DNA of 64,000 nt from positions 544,001 to 608,000 of the forward strand of contig CAXXKA010000008.1 in NCBI GenBank assembly GCA_963668625.2. Reading direction: 5' to 3'. Of the stretch, positions 19,144 to 28,820 are shown in pieces. The stretch is from an uncultured candidate division Zixibacteria bacterium (GTDB taxonomy: Bacteria; Zixibacteria; MSB-5A5; UBA10806; 4484-95). How positions within the stretch are numbered: the first letter of the stretch is position 1; each line of letters starts with the position of its first letter. Made by a program: the position numbers and the translations under genes. The notes below the pieces were generated by a model that saw nothing but the letters and a program-made list of their open reading frames with translations, had not been told where the DNA came from and made no database searches.

Positions 19144-21750
19144 GTGATGGCCAAAGCATTTGATACATTTTTAATAAAAGCAGTCCTGCCACCCGAACTC
19201 GAGCCGCTCAAGGAGCTGGCATATAATTTACATTGGTCGTGGAATTACGATTCTATCGAGCTGTTCAGGTATCTCGATCGTGATTTGTGGCGAGCCTCGG
19301 GCGGTAATCCGGTGAAGATGCTGGGGATGATTAAGCAGGATAAATTAAGCCAGGCCCTTAATGACGAGGGTTTCATGGCCCAACTAGAGCGGGCATACTC
19401 GAACTTGAAAAACTACCTGATGGAGAAAACCTGGTTCGAACATAAATACGGTAAGTACAATAAACCGATTATCGCTTATTTTTCGATGGAGTTCGGCATT
19501 TCCGAAAGTCTGCCCATCTATTCCGGCGGTCTTGGAGTTTTAGCGGGCGATCATTTGAAATCCGCAAGTGAGTTGGGCATACCGTTGGTTGGTGTGGGTC
19601 TACTCTACCAGAAAGGCTATTTCCAGCAATATCTCAACGCCGATGGCTGGCAGCAGGAACGTTATCCCGATAACGATTTCTATAACATGCCTATAGAACT
19701 CATGACCAACGGCGAGGGACTGCCCATACTGGTGGATGTCGATTTCCCGGGACGCACCGTGTATTGCCGTATCTGGAAAGTACAGGTCGGCAGAATTGCA
19801 TTATATCTACTGGATACGAATACCTCCGAGAATAACTATACCGACAGAAAGATTACCCATCAATTATACGCCGGTGATAAAGAGACCAGAATACAGCAGG
19901 AATTGATTCTCGGCATAGGCGGCATGTTGGCTCTTCGCAAGCTCGATTTGCATGTGCATGTCTGCCACATGAACGAGGGACATGCCGGTTTCATGGCTAT
20001 CGAGAGGATGCGCCGGCGGGTTCAATCGAATGGTCTGACTCCCGATGAAGCGGCCGAGATAGTCAAAAGCGGCACGATATTCACCACCCATACGCCGGTA
20101 CCGGCAGGTATCGATTTGTTTCACCCGATGATAGTAGAGAAATACCTGACCAATATTTTCCGCGAACTGGGTATGAAAAAGAGCAATTTCCTGAGCCTGG
20201 GACGTTACAACTCCACGGACGACCACGAACCGTTCAATATGGCCCTGCTGGCTCTTCGCACTACGGCTTTCGCCAACGCGGTCAGTGAACTTCACGGTGA
20301 AACCTCGCGCAAGATGTTCCATTCCATATGGCCGAATGTCTCGCTGGATGAGGTGCCGATCGATCATATTACCAATGGTATACATACGCGCACCTGGATC
20401 GCTCACGAGATGGGCGAGCTGTTCTCGCGATACCTGGGCCCGAACTGGATAAATAAACCCGCCGACCAAACGATCTGGCAGCGTGTCGAACGTATCCCCG
20501 ATGTCGAATTGTGGCGTATACACGAGCGAAGGCGGGAGAGGATGGTATCGTTTACACGCAAGAAATTGGCCGATCAGCTTACGAATCGCGGCGCCAGTCC
20601 TAAAGAGGTGGAAGTCGCCGCCGAGACCTTGAACCCGGAGGCGCTGACAATCGGTTTCGCCCGACGGTTCGCGACATACAAAAGAGCGGCGTTACTGCTT
20701 CGCGATCCCGAAAGGTTGAAACGTCTGCTGAAGAACCCGGACCATCCCGTGCAATTCATATTCGCCGGTAAGGCGCATCCACTTGATAACGGAGGCAAGG
20801 ATCTTATAAAGCAGATAGTCCATTTCGCCCGTCAGGAGGATGTCAGAAAGCATATTATTTTCCTGGAGAATTACGATATCAATGTCGCCCGCTACCTGGT
20901 GCAGGGCGTCGATCTGTGGGTGAACAATCCCCGCAGGCCGCATGAGGCCTCCGGTACCAGCGGTATGAAAGTAGTCCCTAACGGTGGACTCAACCTGAGC
21001 ATACTGGATGGCTGGTGGTGCGAGGGTTATAATGTCGATGTCGGCTGGGCCATAGGCGCCGGCGAGGAATACGATGATCCCAATTACCAGGATGAGGTCG
21101 AAAGTAAGGCATTGTTCGATGTTATAGAAAACGAGATCATCCCGCTTTTCTACAATCTCTCCAGTGATGGTTTACCACGCGACTGGATCAAGCGTATGAA
21201 AAAATCATTAATGGAATTGTCACCGGTATTCAATACTAACCGTATGGTGCAGGAATACACCGAAAAATTCTACATGAAAGCTCGCGAAAACTGGGAAAAA
21301 CTTTCGGCCGATGATTTCACTAAAGTTAAAGACCTGGTTAGATGGAAACAAAACGTAAAGGAAAACTGGAACCAGGTGAAAATAGTCAACGCCGGTGTGC
21401 AGAAAAAAGAGGTCGAGGTCGGTTTCGCGCTCAAGGTGGAAACCGAGATCAAACTCGGCAATCTCAAGCCCGAGGATGTCAGGGTGCAGGTTTTAAGCGG
21501 CCCGCTCGATTCGGATTTCAATATCCTGTCCTCGGAAAAAGAGCAGATGAAATGTATCGGTTCGGTACATGAGGATCTGTATAAATATGAGGGCTACGTC
21601 CCTTGCGATGAAAGCGGCCTGTTCGGTTATTCACTGCGGATCATGCCCGATCACCCGGATATGACAGACCAGTTTGGCCTGGAACTAATGCGCTGGATAG
21701 GCGAAGAGACCGGTTCGACCGAATTCCGGATGGAAAAGGTTAGTGTCTAA
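19144..21750 (+). CDS. glgP: Alpha-glucan (glycogen) phosphorylase
   Basis: YSGGLGVLAGD, NEGH, FTTHT, ARRFATYKR, EASGTSGMK. Confidence 0.95.
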   Translation: MMAKAFDTFLIKAVLPPELEPLKELAYNLHWSWNYDSIELFRYLDRDLWRASGGNPVKMLGMIKQDKLSQALNDEGFMAQLERAYSNLKNYLMEKTWFEHKYGKYNKPIIAYFSMEFGISESLPIYSGGLGVLAGDHLKSASELGIPLVGVGLLYQKGYFQQYLNADGWQQERYPDNDFYNMPIELMTNGEGLPILVDVDFPGRTVYCRIWKVQVGRIALYLLDTNTSENNYTDRKITHQLYAGDKETRIQQELILGIGGMLALRKLDLHVHVCHMNEGHAGFMAIERMRRRVQSNGLTPDEAAEIVKSGTIFTTHTPVPAGIDLFHPMIVEKYLTNIFRELGMKKSNFLSLGRYNSTDDHEPFNMALLALRTTAFANAVSELHGETSRKMFHSIWPNVSLDEVPIDHITNGIHTRTWIAHEMGELFSRYLGPNWINKPADQTIWQRVERIPDVELWRIHERRRERMVSFTRKKLADQLTNRGASPKEVEVAAETLNPEALTIGFARRFATYKRAALLLRDPERLKRLLKNPDHPVQFIFAGKAHPLDNGGKDLIKQIVHFARQEDVRKHIIFLENYDINVARYLVQGVDLWVNNPRRPHEASGTSGMKVVPNGGLNLSILDGWWCEGYNVDVGWAIGAGEEYDDPNYQDEVESKALFDVIENEIIPLFYNLSSDGLPRDWIKRMKKSLMELSPVFNTNRMVQEYTEKFYMKARENWEKLSADDFTKVKDLVRWKQNVKENWNQVKIVNAGVQKKEVEVGFALKVETEIKLGNLKPEDVRVQVLSGPLDSDFNILSSEKEQMKCIGSVHEDLYKYEGYVPCDESGLFGYSLRIMPDHPDMTDQFGLELMRWIGEETGSTEFRMEKVSV

Positions 21751-21810
21751 ACCGTAAATTTGAGCCGGAATAGCGATAAATATTTTTAAAAATCAATCAT
21801 CTGTTTTGCC

Positions 21811-21838
21811 TTGACTTGATGGTTGATTTTTTTATATT
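21811..21838 (+). promoter_or_regulatory. Sigma70-type promoter for tRNA-Glu
   Basis: TTGACT ... TATATT just upstream of the tRNA. Confidence 0.55.
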
Positions 21839-21849
21839 GACAGGCACAT

Positions 21850-21925
21850 GGCGCTATCGTCTAGTGGACTAGGACGGGTGGTTCTCAGCCATCAAACCGG
21901 GGTTCGATTCCCCGTAGCGCTACCA
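21850..21925 (+). tRNA. tRNA-Glu(CTC)
   Basis: Acceptor GGCGCTA/TAGCGCT, anticodon loop TTCTCAG, GGTTCGATTCC T-arm, encoded CCA. Confidence 0.95.
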
Positions 21926-22054
21926 TTTTTAATAGCCCCTAACCCATTGAAACACAACGCTATGTACTGTATTTATAAGGGTTTACAACAAAAAAATTGT
22001 TGGGCCAGAAACGGGCAAAAAAGGCCACTTACGGCGGGTAATGTCGCGATTTTG

Positions 22055-22489
22055 TCACCTTTTGAACTGTAGTTTGGCTATTTCTTTTTTATGGATGTTT
22101 GGGGATAGATGAGCATATATCATTGTTGTTGAGATTGACGAATGTCCAAGAAATTCCTGAATTACAGGTATTGGGGTTCCAGCCATGGCCAGGTGTGATG
22201 CAAAAGTATGCCGGAGATCATGCGGCCTACCCTTTAGTTGGAGCCTTTTCATTAATCTGGGGAATTCCCTGCTAAATTGATATTTACTCATAAATGAGTT
22301 TGCTAAACGATCATCAGCATTGTACCCCTTCGATAATTCCATCAGTATGTTTTTCACATCTACTGACATTGGGATTTGGCGGGGACGTTTTCCCTTTGGG
22401 CAGTATCCATCATAGGGCCAAACCCTGATACTTTCTGCTTTAAAATCAACGTTGCGCCAACGAAGATTAAAAAATTCACCTTTTCTCAT
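22055..22489 (-). pseudogene. Truncated tyrosine recombinase/integrase (catalytic C-terminal half)
   Basis: (G)MRKGE, HDLRHTFAS, LGHSSISTTMIY; N-terminal domain missing. Confidence 0.85.
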
Positions 22490-22496
22490 TCCGCTG

Positions 22497-22682
22497 TTAA
22501 CGAGAATTATTATAGCTGATCTTAAAGGTTCTGAAGACGTACAATTTATCAGTTTTTACAAACAACCCGGGAGCAACAGGAATAGTATGAGGAGCTACGA
22601 CGATTGTATTAATACCGTTATCGTTTAAATATTTTGCCAGATGATAACCGAAATTGCCCGCTTCATAATCAGCTCTTTTCAA
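22497..22682 (-). pseudogene. IS110 transposase fragment
   Basis: YEAGNFGY...VVAP..IP...VKTDK, part of the DEDD domain only. Confidence 0.7.
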
Positions 22683-23075
22683 TAAGTTATAAGGAATTTT
22701 AATGAATCATGCTTTTCTCAATAACTACCGCGAGAACAATACGCTAACAACTATACAATAAAACACTCCTAAAATCGATACGCTCTGTCAATGCGCCTGT
22801 AAACTCCCCCTTTTATATAATCTTCCCCATTATTTCTCTCCAATTTTAATTTCTTTAAAGGAGATGAAAGGGCAATCCGAAAGCTACTTTTTTGGTATGG
22901 GCTATCTGGAAACAGCCGATTAGGTCAGATTGGATTCCCTTATATATTAGTGTAAGTTATAATGACACAACTATTTATAATTTTACACTTGACAAATAAT
23001 AGAAGTAATATAAATTACTGTTGTATATGTCTTGTATATACACATACATATAACAATAAATGCGAGGTGGATTAA

Positions 23076-24002
23076 ATGATAAATGTAAAACATCTTAAAA
23101 TAGTTAAAAAAATGGGACTCTCTGAGAATGAATCGAAGTGCTATTTGGCGTTAATGGAAAGACAATCTTTATCCGTTGCTGAAATAGCTAAATTAACCGG
23201 TATTGCAAGACCAAATGTCTATGAGGCCACAGAGAGGCTATTAATCAAAGGATTAAGTGTTGAATTGCCGGGAAAGGCTAAATGCTTTTCTGCCTCTGAT
23301 CCTAAGATACTCCAGGAAAAAGCATTGGCAAATATTAATGAAACCCGCAAGGTGGAACTTGAAAACTTTGAAAAGAAGAGAAAAGAAATCGTCGACCTCA
23401 GTGATGAAATAAGTGAATTAAATGCTCTATATAATCAGAACCGTGGCAATAGCGGTCCGCTTGATTATATAGAAATTCTTAAAAATCCCGACCAGATTCA
23501 TCGACGATTTTTACAGCTCTGCAATGAATCCCAAAAAGAAATTTTAGGATTTTCGAAACCTCCATATGTTGCCAGCACTTCGGAACGAGAAGCCGGACAA
23601 GGTTCCGTACAGGCTGAAGCTTATCACGAAAGGGGAGTGAGCTTAAGAAGCATTTATGAGATTCCGAGCGACGAAGTGGAAAAAGAGAGCTTCTTCAAAC
23701 GATTATGCGATGGTTATGAACCTGAAAAAGAGCAAATAAAAATTATGGATAAACTCCCTATGAAAATGATAATCTTCGATGAAGAGACGGTTTTATTTAC
23801 TCTTGAAGATCCTGTTCAGGGGATACCCTCAATAACTTCCCTTTGCGCAAAACACCATGCCTTGGCAGAAGGTCTTAAAACAATGTTTGAGGTATATTGG
23901 GGGTTGGCCAGCGACTACTTCATGCTCAAAGATCGCGAATACTATATGCCTGAGCTTGGAAAAATCAGAAGCAAAAAAAACGGCCGCAAATCGGATGATT
24001 AA
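23076..24002 (+). CDS. TrmB-family transcriptional regulator
   Basis: GLSENESKCYLAL...IAKLTGIARPNVYE wHTH; C-terminal LPMKMIIFD effector domain; TTGACA promoter and GAGG RBS upstream. Confidence 0.85.
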   Translation: MINVKHLKIVKKMGLSENESKCYLALMERQSLSVAEIAKLTGIARPNVYEATERLLIKGLSVELPGKAKCFSASDPKILQEKALANINETRKVELENFEKKRKEIVDLSDEISELNALYNQNRGNSGPLDYIEILKNPDQIHRRFLQLCNESQKEILGFSKPPYVASTSEREAGQGSVQAEAYHERGVSLRSIYEIPSDEVEKESFFKRLCDGYEPEKEQIKIMDKLPMKMIIFDEETVLFTLEDPVQGIPSITSLCAKHHALAEGLKTMFEVYWGLASDYFMLKDREYYMPELGKIRSKKNGRKSDD

Positions 24003-24136
24003 GCGGTATCCGAACGGATTTACAGGGACTGGCCGATACTTAATTGACACTTCGGAATCGGATATGAGGGGAGATTCTCTATCAAATAAAAGAGATTAAT
24101 AAAATTAAGCCGTTTTTAGAGAAAGGAAGGAATAAG

Positions 24137-27100
24137 ATGCATAAAATTCTACGGCCGCTGTCTGTTCTGGTGATTTGTTTTGAGATGTTCGCCGGAACCA
24201 TGGCCTACGAATCAGAAATTGAGAGTTCAAGAATCCCAAAGTCGGTTTCTATCAAGTCCAATTCTTTGATTCAATCGAATTCTACATCTGATAATCCCGA
24301 TCTTACATCCAGGAATCCGAACGCATCTCAGTTCCCGCCGAGCATTAGTAGTAACGTTTTATCGGATAGAGAATCCGGGGAAATCGATTTGAGTGTGAAT
24401 AATAGTGATTCACCGAACGTTATTCCTGTAGATTTTAACGATATATCCGAAACTGAACCTAATGATAATTGCGCTACGGCTAATACCCTGACTTTAGGCG
24501 ATCGTATTTATTGCGGCCATCTTGATCTGGACGCCGGAGACCCGGCTGACTTTTTCCAATTCACGTTGGATGATTCATATGAGCTGTGGACTGTCGCATG
24601 CTCTACCTCGGCGCCGAATTATTTAACGGAATGTGACCCACCTATAGGTATTAATAAGCTCTACTTATACGACAGCGACTGCTATACTGTTTTAGGCTAT
24701 GATGATAATATCGATAGCGTCATGTTTGGGAAAGTCCATACAGTAATCAGGACGGACTTATCGCCTGGCATTTATAAAATCAAGGTTATGCCTATTGCAT
24801 CGAATCGCAGCGGTTACTATCATTTAGACTTTACAGCGGGCGCTTATCAGCCACCTGGAAATCCGATTTCTGAAACGGAACCAAACAATACCTACCTTAA
24901 CGCCAATTTAATGTCGTGCGGCGACTATGTCCATTGCGCTAATGTAACGGCTAATTCCGATACCGCCGACTATTTCAAATTCACTCTAGACAACACCTAT
25001 GATTATTGGGCTGTCACATGTTATACTACCGCTCCTACTCCCGCGGATTGTTCACCGGTTTTAGCCGATACCAGACTTTGGTTGTATAATTCCGATTGTT
25101 CGACCTTAATCCAATTTGATGACGAGGGGGGGAATGATCACTATTCTCTTATTAGTCAACTCCATCTCGAACCAGGTACGTACGTGATCAAGGCAAATCA
25201 ATATCGTCCTACTGCTCTCTCAGGTCATTATGATATGGTACTCACCTGCGAAGAGGGGATACCCTATGGTCTCCTAAATGACGAGTGCGAAAATGCCGAG
25301 GTTATTACCGGTCCATATCCGGTTACGGTTTCAGGCACTAACATAGAAGCGACCATCGATTGTCCCGGCTATCTGGATTGGGATGCCATATGGTATAAAA
25401 TCGAGTTGCCTTACGCATTTAATAACCTTACTATCGATTGGACACCGACCTGTGAAATAGATGGTTATTTCAATGAGATCGGCGCGATATACATGCCGGA
25501 CTGCTCCTGCAACAGTCATGTGAACTTGAACTGCAGATGGCAAAGTTGCCCCGAACCGTATGATCCTGTTATAAGCTTTCCTGTTATGTCAAGCGCTGCT
25601 CCTATAGCAGGACCGGCTATGATTTACTATCCTGTTAATCCTGATCGCCAAACGATCTTCCGCTTCATTGTCGACGTGACTGAAGCCGCCTCATGTGATC
25701 TTGAGTGCCCACCCGACGGTATTCCTGAGGGCGAACCGGATTGCGGCCCGAATTATGTAGATAATTATAACGGTGGCTGTGAGTCGTATCCGAATGTGTT
25801 TCAATCTGTCGAGGCCGGCGATATTATATGCGGAACGTCGGGCACTTATATGGTCGGTGACACCCTTTATCGGGATACCGATTGGTATGAACTGACCACC
25901 ACTGATCACAGAGTTATTCAAATAAAAGCCATCGCGGATTTCCCCCTGGAATTGTACATCTTAGATGCCGTATGTCCTACTCCTACTATTCTTGCAAGCG
26001 CTGTGGGACAGCCATGTGATTCTTTGCGTATCTATTATAACGCCCCCGCCGGTACATACAGGTTTGTCGTGTGTCCAAGTCTTTTGCCCGGGTACGATTG
26101 CACAAAAAATTATGTTGCCTGGTTCTATACTACGGAACTGGCATCTCCGATTCCCATTACCGCTCCGGGAACCTGGGTGGGCGATAATACTTGTGACGGC
26201 GTCAGTAATTGTAACCTGTTAGATTATAACGGCCCCGATGTCCCTTACGAAGTTACTATACCGTTCGATGGTCAATGGACGTTCACATTGTGCAACAGTC
26301 CTGTCGTGTGGGATTCATATATTGCTCTTGGCTCAACACTATGTTCGATAGACATCGCACATGGTGATCAAGACGCTTGTGGTGATGCTTGGGGTCATGA
26401 TAAGTTTACTGCCGAACTTTACGCCGGCATCTACTATCTGACAGTTTTTAGCGGGCTTGTTAATGATTGTGGCCCATATCAACTCGATATCACCGGCGAG
26501 CCGTTTTGGCCTAATGACGAATGCACAGGTGTTACTCCCGGGGAACTTATTCCCGGCGGCGCTTTAACGTTTACCGGCAATAATACCGGCGCGGCTTCCA
26601 TAAACGACTGCACCGAATCCTCCATCGGTAGATTCCCTAATGTGTGGGAAGCCTTTACGACCAGTGACTGGTTGGATGTAACGATCGATTACTGCGGAAC
26701 AACTCCAGCGTATTCCACAGTGCAGCTTGAATTGGCTGTTGATTGTCCTTGTAACGATTATGTTTCACCTACTGAATATGACAACACTACATGCGGCGAT
26801 GGCAACTCTACCATAAAATATTCCACACTCCCGCCGGGCACTTACTATATCCCTGTAGCATGGACACCCGATTCCGAAGGTCCATACACCATTCATGTCA
26901 ATGCCGATTCCGCTACGATGCCGGAAATTTCTGTTTACCCGACAGAGATCATTGAAGGCGCTGACTCGGGACAATCTGTTTCTGCTAATCTGATGGTTTC
27001 CAATAGCGGTGGAGCCGACCTTGTTGCCAACGCAAGCATATTTATCAACGAAATACAAGACTTGCGGGCTAATCTCAAGCTGTCGCATGTTCAAAACTTC

Positions 27101-28612
27101 GACCCGCTGTCAAAGGTCAATGGTCTCGAATATGACGCATTGCATTGCGAAATCAATACTCCTCCTGGCTTGTTTGAAGTGCTTCAGGGCGGCGAAAATA
27201 TAAGCTCGGCCATGTCCATCATATCGCTGCCGTTTAGCGATAATGGGACAACCGAGGGGTATCTGGATGATTATGATGTCGCTTATCCTTTCACGTCGAG
27301 TTCTCCCGATGTTGTTTATTCCTTTGTGCCCGATGAGAATACCCTCCTCGATATCAGCCTTTGTCGCAACTCCACCTACGATACCAAACTTTATGTATTC
27401 AAAAACAGCCCTGATACGGTGGTCGCGGTCAACGATGATGCTTTTAATTCCCTTTCAATGGTGAGTAATGTGCCTGTAGCCACCGGTAATACTTATTACA
27501 TTGTGGTTGATGGCAGTCGGGATCAATCCGGCACTTACACTATCGATGTTGCCTATGGGAATCCGCCGCCAGCATGTGATGATGACGCTTTGTTCAGTCA
27601 GAATCCTTCTATACAGAATGATTTCTGGACATTTATGGCCTCCGACATCCAAACCAGTTATGCGATTGCCGATAATTTCTCTCTCGTGTTCGGCAACATC
27701 AATCAAATTAAATGGTATGGTGTTGATCTTGGGAATTCTGGAGGCGGTTGGCAAGAGTGTGATTTTGATGAACCGTCGCTATTTCAAATAAGTTTTTGCA
27801 ATGATGCCGACGGTTTTCCCGGTGATACGGTAGCAAGTTATCTTGTTCAAACCACCGGCGTCCCTACCGGTCAGATATTCTTTGGCGAAGTACCATATGA
27901 ACAAAAGGAGTGGGTTGCAGATATATCGCCTGCTGTTGCGCTCAATGAAGGGTGGGTTATCATTCAAGGAATGGGGAATAATGCTTGTAAGTTCCTCTGG
28001 CAGAATTCCGGCTCGGACGATGCGATGCGGTACTATAGCGATGATAACTTTTGGGCAGTTACCGATTGCGGTATCGCATTCTGTTTACTTGGCGATTATA
28101 TTGAGCCCTGGTTGACTATAGGCGACAGCAATATCGAGATGAACATTTCCATTCCTGCAAACGGGCCAAATATCAATATACCGCTAAGCTTGAATGCGAC
28201 TAATCTGGCGGCCGGTTTATATCATGGCGGTGTTCATTTCGTCACGAATGATGCAGCCCATCCGGAATTTGATATACCCGTGACGTTTGATGTTGTTAGA
28301 GTCGGTATAGACAATGAACCAGCGGAATTGCCCTCGGTTTTCAGTTTATCTCAGAACTACCCGAATCCCTTCAATGCTACGACCTCAATTAATTTCTCTT
28401 TGAAAAATAATGGGGAAGTTACCTTGACAATTTATGATATCCTCGGAAAGCGGGTAAATACACTCTATAACGGAGCTCTTCCAGCAGGTCAACACAGTTT
28501 GATTTGGAATGGCATTGATGATTCGGGGAAGGTTGTTACGTCTGGTATTTATTTCTACCGGCTTGAGAGCGACGAGGGTTCAATTATTAAAAAAATGGTG
28601 ATGTTGAAATAG
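24137..28612 (+). CDS. Large Cys-rich secreted protein with ETEPN/PPC-like repeats and C-terminal T9SS/FlgD-type sorting domain
   Basis: Signal peptide; 2x ISETEPN modules; NDEC-type modules; LSQNYPNPFN...IYDILGKRV..SGIYFYRL..KKMVMLK. Confidence 0.85.
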   Translation: MHKILRPLSVLVICFEMFAGTMAYESEIESSRIPKSVSIKSNSLIQSNSTSDNPDLTSRNPNASQFPPSISSNVLSDRESGEIDLSVNNSDSPNVIPVDFNDISETEPNDNCATANTLTLGDRIYCGHLDLDAGDPADFFQFTLDDSYELWTVACSTSAPNYLTECDPPIGINKLYLYDSDCYTVLGYDDNIDSVMFGKVHTVIRTDLSPGIYKIKVMPIASNRSGYYHLDFTAGAYQPPGNPISETEPNNTYLNANLMSCGDYVHCANVTANSDTADYFKFTLDNTYDYWAVTCYTTAPTPADCSPVLADTRLWLYNSDCSTLIQFDDEGGNDHYSLISQLHLEPGTYVIKANQYRPTALSGHYDMVLTCEEGIPYGLLNDECENAEVITGPYPVTVSGTNIEATIDCPGYLDWDAIWYKIELPYAFNNLTIDWTPTCEIDGYFNEIGAIYMPDCSCNSHVNLNCRWQSCPEPYDPVISFPVMSSAAPIAGPAMIYYPVNPDRQTIFRFIVDVTEAASCDLECPPDGIPEGEPDCGPNYVDNYNGGCESYPNVFQSVEAGDIICGTSGTYMVGDTLYRDTDWYELTTTDHRVIQIKAIADFPLELYILDAVCPTPTILASAVGQPCDSLRIYYNAPAGTYRFVVCPSLLPGYDCTKNYVAWFYTTELASPIPITAPGTWVGDNTCDGVSNCNLLDYNGPDVPYEVTIPFDGQWTFTLCNSPVVWDSYIALGSTLCSIDIAHGDQDACGDAWGHDKFTAELYAGIYYLTVFSGLVNDCGPYQLDITGEPFWPNDECTGVTPGELIPGGALTFTGNNTGAASINDCTESSIGRFPNVWEAFTTSDWLDVTIDYCGTTPAYSTVQLELAVDCPCNDYVSPTEYDNTTCGDGNSTIKYSTLPPGTYYIPVAWTPDSEGPYTIHVNADSATMPEISVYPTEIIEGADSGQSVSANLMVSNSGGADLVANASIFINEIQDLRANLKLSHVQNFDPLSKVNGLEYDALHCEINTPPGLFEVLQGGENISSAMSIISLPFSDNGTTEGYLDDYDVAYPFTSSSPDVVYSFVPDENTLLDISLCRNSTYDTKLYVFKNSPDTVVAVNDDAFNSLSMVSNVPVATGNTYYIVVDGSRDQSGTYTIDVAYGNPPPACDDDALFSQNPSIQNDFWTFMASDIQTSYAIADNFSLVFGNINQIKWYGVDLGNSGGGWQECDFDEPSLFQISFCNDADGFPGDTVASYLVQTTGVPTGQIFFGEVPYEQKEWVADISPAVALNEGWVIIQGMGNNACKFLWQNSGSDDAMRYYSDDNFWAVTDCGIAFCLLGDYIEPWLTIGDSNIEMNISIPANGPNINIPLSLNATNLAAGLYHGGVHFVTNDAAHPEFDIPVTFDVVRVGIDNEPAELPSVFSLSQNYPNPFNATTSINFSLKNNGEVTLTIYDILGKRVNTLYNGALPAGQHSLIWNGIDDSGKVVTSGIYFYRLESDEGSIIKKMVMLK

Positions 28613-28820
28613 TCCGGGGAACCAACGGATTTAAAATATGAACGATTTAATTAAAATAGATCTTTTAACAATAAATTGTAGGGAATCAGGTAAAACAATG
28701 GCTGTTCGGTGTTTCCGAACAGCCCAGTTTAAGTACACCCGGAAGAGTTCTTTCGAGTGTGAAAGAAATTATAGTTAAACTAACATGAAAAACAAGTCAA
28801 AAAAGCTGGAGAAGTGAGTT

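Noticed and set aside
21848-22072. 74-aa ORF
   Set aside because: Overlaps tRNA-Glu; a translation of the tRNA sequence
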